Shown here in pieces: positions 1 through 10,483 of a DNA stretch of 64,000 bases. The position numbers and the translations under genes were made by a program. Position 1 is the first letter of the stretch; each line of letters begins with the position of its first letter. The DNA is from Gammaproteobacteria bacterium. Its GTDB lineage: Bacteria; Pseudomonadota; Gammaproteobacteria; UBA4575. The stretch lies in contig CBDEUS010000002.1 in the NCBI GenBank assembly GCA_965243395.1, positions 704,001-768,000 on the forward strand. The letters run 5' to 3'. The notes beneath the pieces were generated by a model. That model made no database searches and was not told the origin of the DNA. It worked only from the letters and a program-made list of their open reading frames with translations.

Positions 1-414
1 GTAATAATTCTTTTGTCCATGACTTGTATAGCATCAGTCTATGCAGATGAAACTTTAATTTCAGAAGCCCCCGATGGTGCAAAAGTTTATTTTATTGAGC
101 CTCAAAATGGTGACACGGTCTCACAAACATTTACGGTTAAATTTGGTTTGTCAGGTATGGGAGTTGCGCCAGCGGGTGTAGATCGAGAACATACTGGACA
201 CCATCATATTTTGGTTAATGTTGATGAGCTGCCTGCTATGGATAAACCGTTACCTGCGAATGACAATGTTATTCATTTTGGTGGAGGGCAAACAGAAGCG
301 GAACTTACTTTAGCTCCGGGCAAGCATACACTTCAACTGCTGTTAGGCAATTATGTGCATATACCACATAGCCAGCCTGTTATTTCAGAAAAAATAACAA
401 TTAATGTCGAATAA
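1..414 (+). CDS. DUF4399-domain exported protein (5'-truncated by window edge)
   Basis: Frame is open from base 1 (VIILLSMTCIASVYA, signal-peptide-like). Motifs VYFIEP, GHHH, HFGGGQTE and LAPGKHTLQL are typical of DUF4399. Confidence 0.8.
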   Translation, partial: VIILLSMTCIASVYADETLISEAPDGAKVYFIEPQNGDTVSQTFTVKFGLSGMGVAPAGVDREHTGHHHILVNVDELPAMDKPLPANDNVIHFGGGQTEAELTLAPGKHTLQLLLGNYVHIPHSQPVISEKITINVE

Positions 415-419
415 AAAAT

Positions 420-1682
420 TTAAATTGTAAAGCTTGTGTTTAAAATTTTAGGTACTTGAATATTTTTTAATTGAATATACCTAGGCAAGCCTTCACGGTA
501 AGGTGGATACGCTTCGCCCTTAATAAGAGGTGCTAGATAAGTGCGGCAACGTTGTGTAATTCCAAAACCGTCTTTGCTGATGTAACTGCGCGGCATCATT
601 TTTTCCACATTTGCAACTTTAGCTAGAGATGTACTACCAATTTTCCATTTATAAGGTTTATTAGAAGTACGAACAATTGTGGGCATGACGGCAGTTTTAC
701 CTTGCAAAGCAAATTGAACTGCAGCTTTGCCCATTGCATAGGCATGGTCAACATCTGTTTTGGAAGCGATATGTCGCGCTGCACGCTGTAAATAGTCTGC
801 AACTGCCCAGTGATATTTATAGCCATGTTCTTGTTTAACCATATTTGCAATCACAGGAGCTACACCCCCTAATTGTTTATGCCCAAATGCATCTACACTG
901 CCAGCATCCGCTAAGAATGTACCGTCTTCGTAACGCGCACCTTCAGAAACGCATATCACACAGAAGCCATATTGTTCTACACAGTCTTTCACGCGACTCA
1001 GAAATGCTTTTTGATCAAAAGCAATTTCAGGGAAAAGAATGATATGTGGTGCATCTCCTTTTTGTTCAGCGGCTAAACCGCTAGAAGCAGCAATCCAGCC
1101 TGCGTGGCGTCCCATCACTTCCATTACAAATACCTTGGTAGATGTTTCAGCCATTGATTTCACATCAAAGGCGGCCTCTTTGATCGAAACAGCCACATAT
1201 TTTGCAACGGATCCAAATCCAGGACAGTTGTCTGTAATCGGTAAATCATTATCAACCGTTTTGGGGATACCAATGCACTGAATGGGATAACCCATTTTTT
1301 TACTCAACTGTGAAACTTTATGCGAGGTATCTTGTGAATCACCACCACCATTATAGAAAAAGTAGCCAATATTATGGGCTTTGAAAACATCAATTAATCG
1401 CTCATATTGGGCTCGATTTTCCTCAATACTTTTTAATTTATACCGACAAGAACCGAATGCACCAGAAGGAGTATGTTTCAATGCCGCGATTGCGCTGGCA
1501 GATTCTTTTGAAGTATCGATTAAGTCTTCTGTTAATGCGCCGATAATGCCATTACGGCCAGCATAGACTTTGGCAATTTTATTTTTATGTTTACGAGCGG
1601 TTTCAATCACACCACAGGCGGTAGCGTTGATGACGGCGGTGACCCCACCAGATTGTGCATAAAAAGCGTTACGTTTTTCCAT
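420..1682 (-). CDS. pfp: Phosphofructokinase, probably PPi-dependent
   Basis: QSGG, NGGGDS (Asp at the phosphoryl-donor specificity position), PKTVDND and MGRHAGW motifs. Confidence 0.85.
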   Translation of the reverse strand: MEKRNAFYAQSGGVTAVINATACGVIETARKHKNKIAKVYAGRNGIIGALTEDLIDTSKESASAIAALKHTPSGAFGSCRYKLKSIEENRAQYERLIDVFKAHNIGYFFYNGGGDSQDTSHKVSQLSKKMGYPIQCIGIPKTVDNDLPITDNCPGFGSVAKYVAVSIKEAAFDVKSMAETSTKVFVMEVMGRHAGWIAASSGLAAEQKGDAPHIILFPEIAFDQKAFLSRVKDCVEQYGFCVICVSEGARYEDGTFLADAGSVDAFGHKQLGGVAPVIANMVKQEHGYKYHWAVADYLQRAARHIASKTDVDHAYAMGKAAVQFALQGKTAVMPTIVRTSNKPYKWKIGSTSLAKVANVEKMMPRSYISKDGFGITQRCRTYLAPLIKGEAYPPYREGLPRYIQLKNIQVPKILNTSFTI

Positions 1683-1757
1683 AATGGTTATTATCTAGAG
1701 TTATTGTTAATAATTTATTTTCTTATAGGCACATTAAATATTCATACGTCGGTTTAG

Positions 1758-2821
<1,064 letters not shown>

Positions 2822-2876
2822 AGAATGCAAATGTACACGATTATGTACTTGCTACAATTTTGAGTCTTATAACTGA

Positions 2877-3434
2877 TTAAGTTCTAAATTCCTGCACATT
2901 CCAACTAGCAATACTTGTTTGTATGCGCAAACATGAAACCCCGTGTTTTTGTACACGTGTTGCGCCTGCTGCACCGGGATTAAGCACCCAAGGTTCTTGA
3001 TCTTGATCGCAAACCAGTCTGTGGCTGTGCCCATAAATTATTGCTTTTGAGCTTGGGTAAGTAGCTCGTAGTTTTGCATGCCAATCGTCATAATCAGAAA
3101 AAAATTCGTCACCGTGAGTGATCGAAATTATCCCTCCGGGTAGTGAGATTTCTGCTGTGAGAGGAATTTTATTTAATTCTTCGTGTTCAGCAATATCCCA
3201 CTGTCCTGTGGTGTCGTTGTTCCCACAAACACTGATTACTTCATTAGTGATCTGATTCAATTGATTGAGCACACTCATTGAACCTATATCTCCGGCATGC
3301 AGAACTAAGTCGCACCCAACAAGGTGTTTAATTATAGAGGGATCGATAAAACTGTGTGTATCTGATAGTACTCCAATCTCAGCTTGTTCATAAGAACTGA
3401 AATCAAAGTGTTGTTGGTTTGTTTGCTTATCCAT
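2877..3434 (-). CDS. YfcE-like metallophosphoesterase
   Basis: SDTH, HAGD, GNND, THGD, GHSH and NPG motifs. Confidence 0.9.
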   Translation of the reverse strand: MDKQTNQQHFDFSSYEQAEIGVLSDTHSFIDPSIIKHLVGCDLVLHAGDIGSMSVLNQLNQITNEVISVCGNNDTTGQWDIAEHEELNKIPLTAEISLPGGIISITHGDEFFSDYDDWHAKLRATYPSSKAIIYGHSHRLVCDQDQEPWVLNPGAAGATRVQKHGVSCLRIQTSIASWNVQEFRT

Positions 3435-3494
3435 AAAAGTACTTTAGTAGATTCTTAAAGCACCCAGCAATATTGCTATGCAGATATAAACTAT

Positions 3495-4280
3495 TTAATT
3501 TCTAATCCAACCAATTTCTTTTGCTGTTTTATCACCAACTACGCAAACCTTAAGACTGCTTGCCATTCTCGATTGTGTTTTACTTTCAGCAACAGTGCCT
3601 GCCATTATTTCTGCATGTCTTTGTGGATAAGTTGGAATACGGCCAGGTTCTCCCAATCCATCAGGAGGAATGGGATTGCCACTCGAATCATATTTATCTG
3701 TAGCACCTACGGTATGCAATAGCTCATGAGCAATTACAACATTATTTTGTTTAGCTTGGGACTTACTCGCAAAGGCATGAACAATACCCAGTAAACCTTT
3801 TTGAATCCCGAGAGAGTGCTCGAGTTTTTGATTGGGTTTAGCTTCATGATAAAGCACGAAGATTCGTACACGATGCTTGTTAGATTTATCATCAGGGGTG
3901 TTTTGCATTGCCCACCAGCGTAATTTTATACTCCAGAATGCAATGGCAATTGGATTAGCATTTAAACCAGGTGGCTTGGGAGGATGAGACTCTACAACAG
4001 CACCTAATATCGTAGATGTTGGCGTTGAACTCACCACATCAAATTTTTCGCTTTCACGCTTTATAAACTTATCAATGCCTGCAAAATTCTTTGTGCTGAG
4101 TTTTTCAATATAATCATCTGTAATTGCACTATCGTCTGCATTGATAGGAAATATCACAACTTCTAAAGGTTTATACCACCCTTGAGTTACTAAGCGCTGA
4201 TCTTGGGTATATAGCAGGACTGTGCCTAATAAAATAATTAATATCAGGATTCTGAAATTTTTAAAGGTAAAAATACGCAT
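3495..4280 (-). CDS. Membrane-anchored hypothetical protein with zinc-metallopeptidase motif
   Basis: N-terminal TM, HELLHTVGATDKY (HExxH) and a downstream EIM Met-turn-like segment. Confidence 0.6.
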   Translation of the reverse strand: MRIFTFKNFRILILIILLGTVLLYTQDQRLVTQGWYKPLEVVIFPINADDSAITDDYIEKLSTKNFAGIDKFIKRESEKFDVVSSTPTSTILGAVVESHPPKPPGLNANPIAIAFWSIKLRWWAMQNTPDDKSNKHRVRIFVLYHEAKPNQKLEHSLGIQKGLLGIVHAFASKSQAKQNNVVIAHELLHTVGATDKYDSSGNPIPPDGLGEPGRIPTYPQRHAEIMAGTVAESKTQSRMASSLKVCVVGDKTAKEIGWIRN

Positions 4281-4370
4281 TTGTAAAGCATAAGATTTAT
4301 ACTTGCCAGCTCAACTAAACTTAGATTACTGGTAATAATTAAAAGCCATCTGGTATTCATTCTTTAAAAC

Positions 4371-5432
4371 ATGATACATCGCATAAGTCTTAAATCCGGA
4401 AAATATAGTTTTACCGCAGAAGAGCATGAATCGATTTTAGATGCTGCAATACGTGCCGGTGTGCCACTTAATTATGGCTGTAGCAATGGCAATTGTGGCT
4501 TGTGTAAGGCACAAGTAGTTTCCGGTGATGTATCTCAATTGCGTAAACATGATTTTGTTATTGGTGAAGCAGATAAAATTCAAGGCCATGCTTTGATGTG
4601 TTCAACTGCATGCAAAAGTGATCTCGTCATAGATGCAGGAGTTGCCGCAACTGTGAGTGATATTCCTGTACAGGAACTTCGCGTTAAAGTACGCAAGATT
4701 GACCAGATCAGTAACGATTTAGCCATTATTACTCTACAAGTTCCTCGTAGTGTACGACTGCGTTTTATGGCAGGACAATACATGCGAGTTTATGATGATG
4801 AACAGCGATCTCATGAATATGCTATTGCGAGTTGCCCCTGCGATGAAAAACGTATTGAGTTTCACGTTCGTAAACTTGATGATGATGCGTTCTCTAATAT
4901 GGTGTTTAAGCAACTGAGCGTCGGTGATTGGTTAAATATTCAAGGTCCTTACGGTAATTTTGTCGTAGATGATAGTAGTGATGCACCAATGGTTATTATT
5001 GCGTTTGACACAGGTTTTGCTGCGATAAAAAGTTTGCTTGAACATACTACTGCACAAGAAAAAGAGCGTGAAATTTATTTATATTGGTTAGCGTGCGGGT
5101 CTGAAGGTTTGTACTTGGACAATCTGTGCAGGTCATGGGATGACGCATTGGATGAGCTCAATTATGTGCCATTACATATGCAACGAGGTATTAATGAAAT
5201 TCTGGATAGTGAATATGAAGGGATGTGTCATATTGAAGATAAGATCACTTCGTCTTTGCATTATATAGAGCATATAAAGAATGCAGAAGTGTATTTGGTT
5301 TCGCCTGAACCTGTAGCCAAACTTGTCGAGCAGCTACTTATTGGGAAAGGTTTTCAACAAAAACATATTCATCATGAGATTATACGTGGCAACCCGAATT
5401 TAAAATGTATCCACCCTGATGCGAAAATATGA
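4371..5432 (+). CDS. 2Fe-2S ferredoxin / FAD-NAD reductase fusion (AscD-like)
   Basis: CSNGNCGLC...C plant-type ferredoxin motif followed by an FNR domain (GQY, GPYG). The NAD-binding loop is divergent (AFDTGFA). Confidence 0.85.
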   Translation: MIHRISLKSGKYSFTAEEHESILDAAIRAGVPLNYGCSNGNCGLCKAQVVSGDVSQLRKHDFVIGEADKIQGHALMCSTACKSDLVIDAGVAATVSDIPVQELRVKVRKIDQISNDLAIITLQVPRSVRLRFMAGQYMRVYDDEQRSHEYAIASCPCDEKRIEFHVRKLDDDAFSNMVFKQLSVGDWLNIQGPYGNFVVDDSSDAPMVIIAFDTGFAAIKSLLEHTTAQEKEREIYLYWLACGSEGLYLDNLCRSWDDALDELNYVPLHMQRGINEILDSEYEGMCHIEDKITSSLHYIEHIKNAEVYLVSPEPVAKLVEQLLIGKGFQQKHIHHEIIRGNPNLKCIHPDAKI

Positions 5433-5857
5433 TTGATTGCAAATGTTGTTTCAGTATTACTTTGATTACAGAAGATTTTTCATGTGAACATGCGCAATTA
5501 GTGACGAGGCGTGCAGGACCTGATATTGCATGTCAATCAGAACAGGGAAGTAATGATTGTAAACACGTCTATGAAAAACTTAAATCTGTAGGGTTGCCTG
5601 CCTTTGATGCTGAAGATGATTTACTTGAAACTCCAGCCAGTGTTTTTACTAAAATACAGTTTGGCGGATTATTGAGTTTGCAAAAGTATGTAACAGAAAG
5701 CGAACACCAATCAGAGAGTGTTGAGAATATTTATCAACTAATACAGCAGGTCATGTTAAAAGAGCAAGTAGAAAAAAGTTTAAATTATCAAGATGCAGTA
5801 GATGATATAACGGCTTTTAAATTAAAGCGTCATAAGAATAGAAAAAAGTTAAAATAA
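5429..5857 (+). CDS. Cys-containing hypothetical protein
   Basis: 142-aa ORF translationally coupled (ATGA overlap) to the reductase, with 6 Cys in the N-terminal third. Confidence 0.65.
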   Translation: MIDCKCCFSITLITEDFSCEHAQLVTRRAGPDIACQSEQGSNDCKHVYEKLKSVGLPAFDAEDDLLETPASVFTKIQFGGLLSLQKYVTESEHQSESVENIYQLIQQVMLKEQVEKSLNYQDAVDDITAFKLKRHKNRKKLK

Positions 5858-5887
5858 AATATAATTGATTATTGATTTGGAGAATTC

Positions 5888-6742
5888 ATGAGCTTTGAAA
5901 CGATTATTTCTGTTGCAGAGTTAAATAATAATTTAACTAACAAGGATTGGTTTGTGTTTGATTGTCGCTTTTTGCTCAAAGATCCTGCAGGTGGACTAAA
6001 AAAATTTAATCAAGGCCATATTCCAGGTGCACAATTTGCTGATATGGACAAAGATTTATCATCAGCGGCTACACCTACATCAGGACGACATCCATTACCC
6101 GAGCCAAATGAGCTCATTGTAAAGTTGCAAAACTGGGGTGTTAACAATTCTTCTCAAATTATTTGTTATGACGATATATCTGGTGCATTTGCTGCACGCA
6201 TGTGGTGGTTATTAAAGTGGTTAGGTCATTCTCATGTTGCTGTTTTAGACGGAGGCATTGATAAATGGACTGCTAATGGATTAGCACTTGATACACAAGT
6301 GCAAACCCGAAGCAAAGGATTATTTAGTGGAACACCAAATTCCGAAATGTGGGTGGACATTGATTTTGTACAACAACAACTAGAGCAAGACAACATTAAT
6401 TTGTTAGATGCACGATCAAGCGAGAGATTTACTGCAAAAGATGTAGAAACAGATCCAGTGCCTGGTCATATTCCCGGTGCAATAAATTTTCCATTTTCTG
6501 GAAACGTATCAAAGCAAGGTGAGTTTTTATCGACAAATGAATTACAAAAACGCTTTGCGGAAATGTTTACCGGAGATAATGGTAAAGAAGTTGTTAATAT
6601 GTGCGGTTCAGGCGTTACTGCCTGCCACAATCTGCTCGCAATGAATATTGCAGGCTTGCCTATGACACGTTTGTATGTAGGTTCCTGGAGCGAATGGATT
6701 AAGGAAAAAAGCCGACCAGTGGCAACTGGAGAAAGCTCATAA
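5888..6742 (+). CDS. sseA: Two-domain rhodanese / 3-mercaptopyruvate sulfurtransferase
   Basis: GHIPGA twice, SGRHPLP, catalytic CGSGVTAC and LYVGSWSEW. Confidence 0.92.
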   Translation: MSFETIISVAELNNNLTNKDWFVFDCRFLLKDPAGGLKKFNQGHIPGAQFADMDKDLSSAATPTSGRHPLPEPNELIVKLQNWGVNNSSQIICYDDISGAFAARMWWLLKWLGHSHVAVLDGGIDKWTANGLALDTQVQTRSKGLFSGTPNSEMWVDIDFVQQQLEQDNINLLDARSSERFTAKDVETDPVPGHIPGAINFPFSGNVSKQGEFLSTNELQKRFAEMFTGDNGKEVVNMCGSGVTACHNLLAMNIAGLPMTRLYVGSWSEWIKEKSRPVATGESS

Positions 6743-6965
6743 ATTAATTGATTGACTGCCCAATAAGTGTGCGTATGCCACTGAATTACAATTAAATTCT
6801 GTTTTATCACGCATCTATACCCGCCTATAGCCTAGATTCTAGAGATTGTTCACAAAGCCAACTACTATTTTAAGGGTATAAGGTGTTCTGCATTGTTATC
6901 AATGCCGGACATTAATTGCACCCTTAACAAATTAGGCTGGTCTTATTTCTCAAGCAAGTCCCAAA

Positions 6966-9092
6966 ATGGTGGCTGAAACCACTGCGGTGGAGATGCCAAC
7001 TGAGGCTGCTGCGTCACTTTTAGATGCAGGGTCTTTGCCTTTTGCCGTTGTATTATTGCGCGCTAATGACGGCACGGTCGCCTATGCCAATAACCTGATG
7101 AGTATGATACTTCGTATCGGTTTAGATGAGCTAATCGGAAAAACTATCCCGGGGTTATACGAGGATAGTGTACAAAGATCTAAAACAGTTGAGTTATTAA
7201 AGAGAAGTTCTTTTTTCCCTCCTAAGCAAATAGAAATTAAAAATTTTGAGAACAAAGATCTTAAAATCATCACTGCCATTTCATTAATAAAGTTTCAAAA
7301 TGAACTTTGTATTTTTGTTGCGTTTCAAGCACCTCAAGAAGAAACCGGAAATGTAAAACGTCTACGCATTGCGATAGAGCGTCATAACATGGCTCTACGC
7401 GCTGCCAAAGTAGGTATTTGGAGTTGGGATTTAATGTCAAATCGCATAGCATGGGATGACAACATGCATGACCTGTTTGGAATTGACCCTGGAAGTTTTA
7501 CTGGTAAGAACCGTGAATTTTTAAATTATATGTTGCCTGAAGATCGTCAAGAGCAAATTGAAATAGGCAAAAAGTTTTATCAAGATGGTGGCACGTTTGA
7601 TACTAAATTTAGAATAATGCGCCCGGACGGCGAGACACGTGTGATTATTAATCGCGGTGAAGCCACTAAAAATAGTCAAGGAATTGTTACAAATGTAGTT
7701 GGCGTTTGTTGGGATGTTACAGAAAACTTTGCCTTAAATGCAAAAATTGAACATCAAGCATTACATGATCCTCTCACAGGATTACTGAATAGATTTGAAA
7801 TGCAGAAAAGGTTAGAGAACTTAATTGGGTCTTTAGGCACTGAGCCCACTGAGAATACATTCTGCTATTTTTCCTTAGATCGTTTTAAAGTTGTGAATGA
7901 TACTTGTGGACACGAAGCAGGAGATGAATTACTAAGACAAATCGCTGAACACTTAAAACCTTATATTACAGAAAAGGATACTTTTGCACGCATGGGTGGC
8001 GATGAATTTGCGTTAATCATGACTGATTGTTCAGGTGATGAAGCAAGAAAAGTCGCAGACACGCTATTACAAGCCATTCAAAATTTTCATTTTGAATGGT
8101 CAGGTAAAGTATTTGATATCAGCTTAAGTATGGCATTAGTACCCATTTCAGCAGAAAAAAGTGTTAGTGAGATCCTTGGTACCGCAGATGTTTCTTTATC
8201 TGCAGCAAAAGATGGAGGAAGAGGTCGAATTCATGAGTACCGACCGCATGATTCAACAGTAATCCGACGACATGATGAAATGCATTGGGTATTACAATTG
8301 GAAGACGCATTACGCTCGGATCGTTTTCAGTTAAATTTTCAACCCATAGAACCTTTACAGGATGAATCTGAAGAAGGATTGCATTACGAAGTATTATTAA
8401 GAGTGCTAGATGATGCGGGTGAGGTAATGTCGCCACAAGAACTTCTGAATGCCGCCGAACAATTTGACATGGCGACTCGTGTAGATAGCTGGGTAGTCAA
8501 TGCATTGTTTGATTGGTTAAAGAAGCATCCCGATCATGTTAAAAAACTGAACCTTTGTTCTATCAATCTTTCAGGTGCATCAATTAGTGATATAAATTTT
8601 TTAACTTTCTTAAAAGAAAAGCTTCAGGATCCAGATATACCAGTAACCAAGCTTAGCTTTGAAGTCACTGAAAATGCGGCTATTAAAAATATCTCTAAAG
8701 CACGAGATTTTATTAATACAATCAAAGAATTTGGCTGCAAGTTTGCATTGGATGACTTTGGTAGTGGGCATTCGTCATTCGCTTATTTGAAAGATTTGCC
8801 AGTAGATATACTAAAAATTGATGGCATGTTTGTTAGAGGAATACATTTAGAGCCTGTCAACTATGCGATGGTTAAAGCTATTAATGATGTGGGGCAAGTC
8901 ATGAATATGAAAACTATTGCAGAATATGTAGAGAACGAAGAAATCTGTAAAGAACTTAAAGAAATTGGTGTTGACTATGGCCAAGGTTATTACTTTGGCA
9001 AATCTGAAAAACTAGAAGAAGTCATCGTAGTTAATTCAATGATTGCGGAACCGGATGATTCAAGGATTGCGGAACCGGAAGATACGCATTAA
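6966..9092 (+). CDS. PAS-PAS-GGDEF-EAL c-di-GMP metabolising protein
   Basis: PAS/PAC segment (GIWSWD...DVTE), HDPLTGLLNR, GGDEF, EVLLR, EVTE, DDFGSG, KIDG, EYVE and QGY. Confidence 0.93.
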   Translation: MVAETTAVEMPTEAAASLLDAGSLPFAVVLLRANDGTVAYANNLMSMILRIGLDELIGKTIPGLYEDSVQRSKTVELLKRSSFFPPKQIEIKNFENKDLKIITAISLIKFQNELCIFVAFQAPQEETGNVKRLRIAIERHNMALRAAKVGIWSWDLMSNRIAWDDNMHDLFGIDPGSFTGKNREFLNYMLPEDRQEQIEIGKKFYQDGGTFDTKFRIMRPDGETRVIINRGEATKNSQGIVTNVVGVCWDVTENFALNAKIEHQALHDPLTGLLNRFEMQKRLENLIGSLGTEPTENTFCYFSLDRFKVVNDTCGHEAGDELLRQIAEHLKPYITEKDTFARMGGDEFALIMTDCSGDEARKVADTLLQAIQNFHFEWSGKVFDISLSMALVPISAEKSVSEILGTADVSLSAAKDGGRGRIHEYRPHDSTVIRRHDEMHWVLQLEDALRSDRFQLNFQPIEPLQDESEEGLHYEVLLRVLDDAGEVMSPQELLNAAEQFDMATRVDSWVVNALFDWLKKHPDHVKKLNLCSINLSGASISDINFLTFLKEKLQDPDIPVTKLSFEVTENAAIKNISKARDFINTIKEFGCKFALDDFGSGHSSFAYLKDLPVDILKIDGMFVRGIHLEPVNYAMVKAINDVGQVMNMKTIAEYVENEEICKELKEIGVDYGQGYYFGKSEKLEEVIVVNSMIAEPDDSRIAEPEDTH
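9036..9083 (+). repeat. 24-bp tandem duplication in the 3' end of the GGDEF-EAL gene
   Basis: tcaatgattgcggaaccggatgat / tcaaggattgcggaaccggaagat, 22/24 identical, encoding SMIAEPDD-SRIAEPED. Confidence 0.9.
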
Positions 9093-9171
9093 GCACATAC
9101 TATACATTTCTTAATAATTTTTTCTGATTCTGCTATGGTTTTAAAACCATTCCAGCAGATTAGGATTAATT

Positions 9172-9741
9172 TTGAAATTTTGTAGTAGTTGTGGCTCTTC
9201 TGAAATCACTTTAAAAATTCCTGAAGGTGATAACCGTCCACGCTTTGTGTGTCCTGTCTGTGATGAAATTTTTTATCACAATCCAAAAATAGTAGCGGGC
9301 TGTATTGCAGAGTGGCAAGACAAAATTCTCATGTGCAAACGTGCTATTGAACCTCGGCATGGTAAATGGACCTTGCCGGCAGGATTTATGGAAAATCAAG
9401 AAACCATGCATGAAGCCGCGGCAAGAGAAACTCAAGAAGAGGCTACTGCTGAAGTGGTTAATTTAAGTTTATACACTATGTATAACTTGCCGCATATTAA
9501 TCAAGTATATGTGATGTTTCGTGGAGATTTAGTAGAAGGAAAAGCAAGTCCAGGTGCTGAAAGTTTAGAAGTTTCACTTATGACCGAAAATGATATCCCA
9601 TGGGACGAAATTGCGTTTCCAGTAATCAAAGAAAGTCTTGAGTTATATTTTGAAGATAAGCGAAGTAATTCAAATTTTAAATTGCGGTATGGAGATATGT
9701 TGAGGTTGTCAGGTAAAAAATTTGAAATAAAAAGATATTAA
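9172..9741 (+). CDS. Zinc-ribbon NUDIX hydrolase
   Basis: CSSCG...CPVC zinc ribbon and Nudix box PAGFMENQETMHEAAARETQEE. TTG start. Confidence 0.9.
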   Translation: MKFCSSCGSSEITLKIPEGDNRPRFVCPVCDEIFYHNPKIVAGCIAEWQDKILMCKRAIEPRHGKWTLPAGFMENQETMHEAAARETQEEATAEVVNLSLYTMYNLPHINQVYVMFRGDLVEGKASPGAESLEVSLMTENDIPWDEIAFPVIKESLELYFEDKRSNSNFKLRYGDMLRLSGKKFEIKRY

Positions 9742-10121
9742 TGCCTGATACTAAAATTTTACTTTCGATAATCGAATTAGGTGGGTATCCAGATTTAACT
9801 GCTGTATACAAAAAACATGGCTATGAACCTATTGTCGTGTATAGCATGCGCAAAGCGCTAGGTGCATTAAAGAAAATAAAACCGTCCATTATCGTGGCGG
9901 AATTTAACTACCAATCTGACTTCAGAGACCGCACAAGCACACTGGAATCCTTGATAGCAGTTGCGCAGCGTAATGTAGCAATGAAGGTCATCGTATTCTA
10001 TGAAAAAGAATATGCTCATCAATTTGAAAAACTGAAAGCGCGTTATAACTTTTTTGCTGCTTTCTCCTATCCGATAGAGGAAGCACAAATTGATAAAGTA
10101 CTTTTTGATTTGAACACTTAG
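9741..10121 (+). CDS. Hypothetical protein, receiver-like alpha/beta fold
   Basis: 126-aa ORF coupled to the NUDIX stop. Alternating beta/alpha pattern ending in FSYPI, with no canonical phospho-acceptor Asp. Confidence 0.55.
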   Translation: MPDTKILLSIIELGGYPDLTAVYKKHGYEPIVVYSMRKALGALKKIKPSIIVAEFNYQSDFRDRTSTLESLIAVAQRNVAMKVIVFYEKEYAHQFEKLKARYNFFAAFSYPIEEAQIDKVLFDLNT

Positions 10122-10439
10122 CTATTTTGCCTTGGAACCTCCAAGGCAAGGTGGGGATTTCCGTATTTCACCATTTTTTTCCTGCCACTCAGTTGGGGTG
10201 AGTGTATGTAAAGATAAGGCATGAACTGGGCCACTTAATTCTTCTTTTAATAACTGGTTCAGCATGCGATGTCGTGCCACAAGCATCTTATTATCAAATT
10301 CGCTTGTAACAACTGTCACTTTAAAATGCGACTCTGAGCCAGGCGGCACATTATGCATATGGCTTTCGTTTGCTACTTCTAAATAATCAGGTTTTAAAGC
10401 CTGAGTAATTTTTTCTTCGATGTTTGCTTGTATGGTCAT
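10122..10439 (-). CDS. bolA: BolA family protein
   Basis: NESHMHNVP, SESHFKV, ARHR, VHALSLHT and SPPCLGG. Confidence 0.95.
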   Translation of the reverse strand: MTIQANIEEKITQALKPDYLEVANESHMHNVPPGSESHFKVTVVTSEFDNKMLVARHRMLNQLLKEELSGPVHALSLHTLTPTEWQEKNGEIRKSPPCLGGSKAK

Positions 10440-10483
10440 ATAACAGTATGGCTAAAAGTTTGAGTCTAAATAAATAATATACA

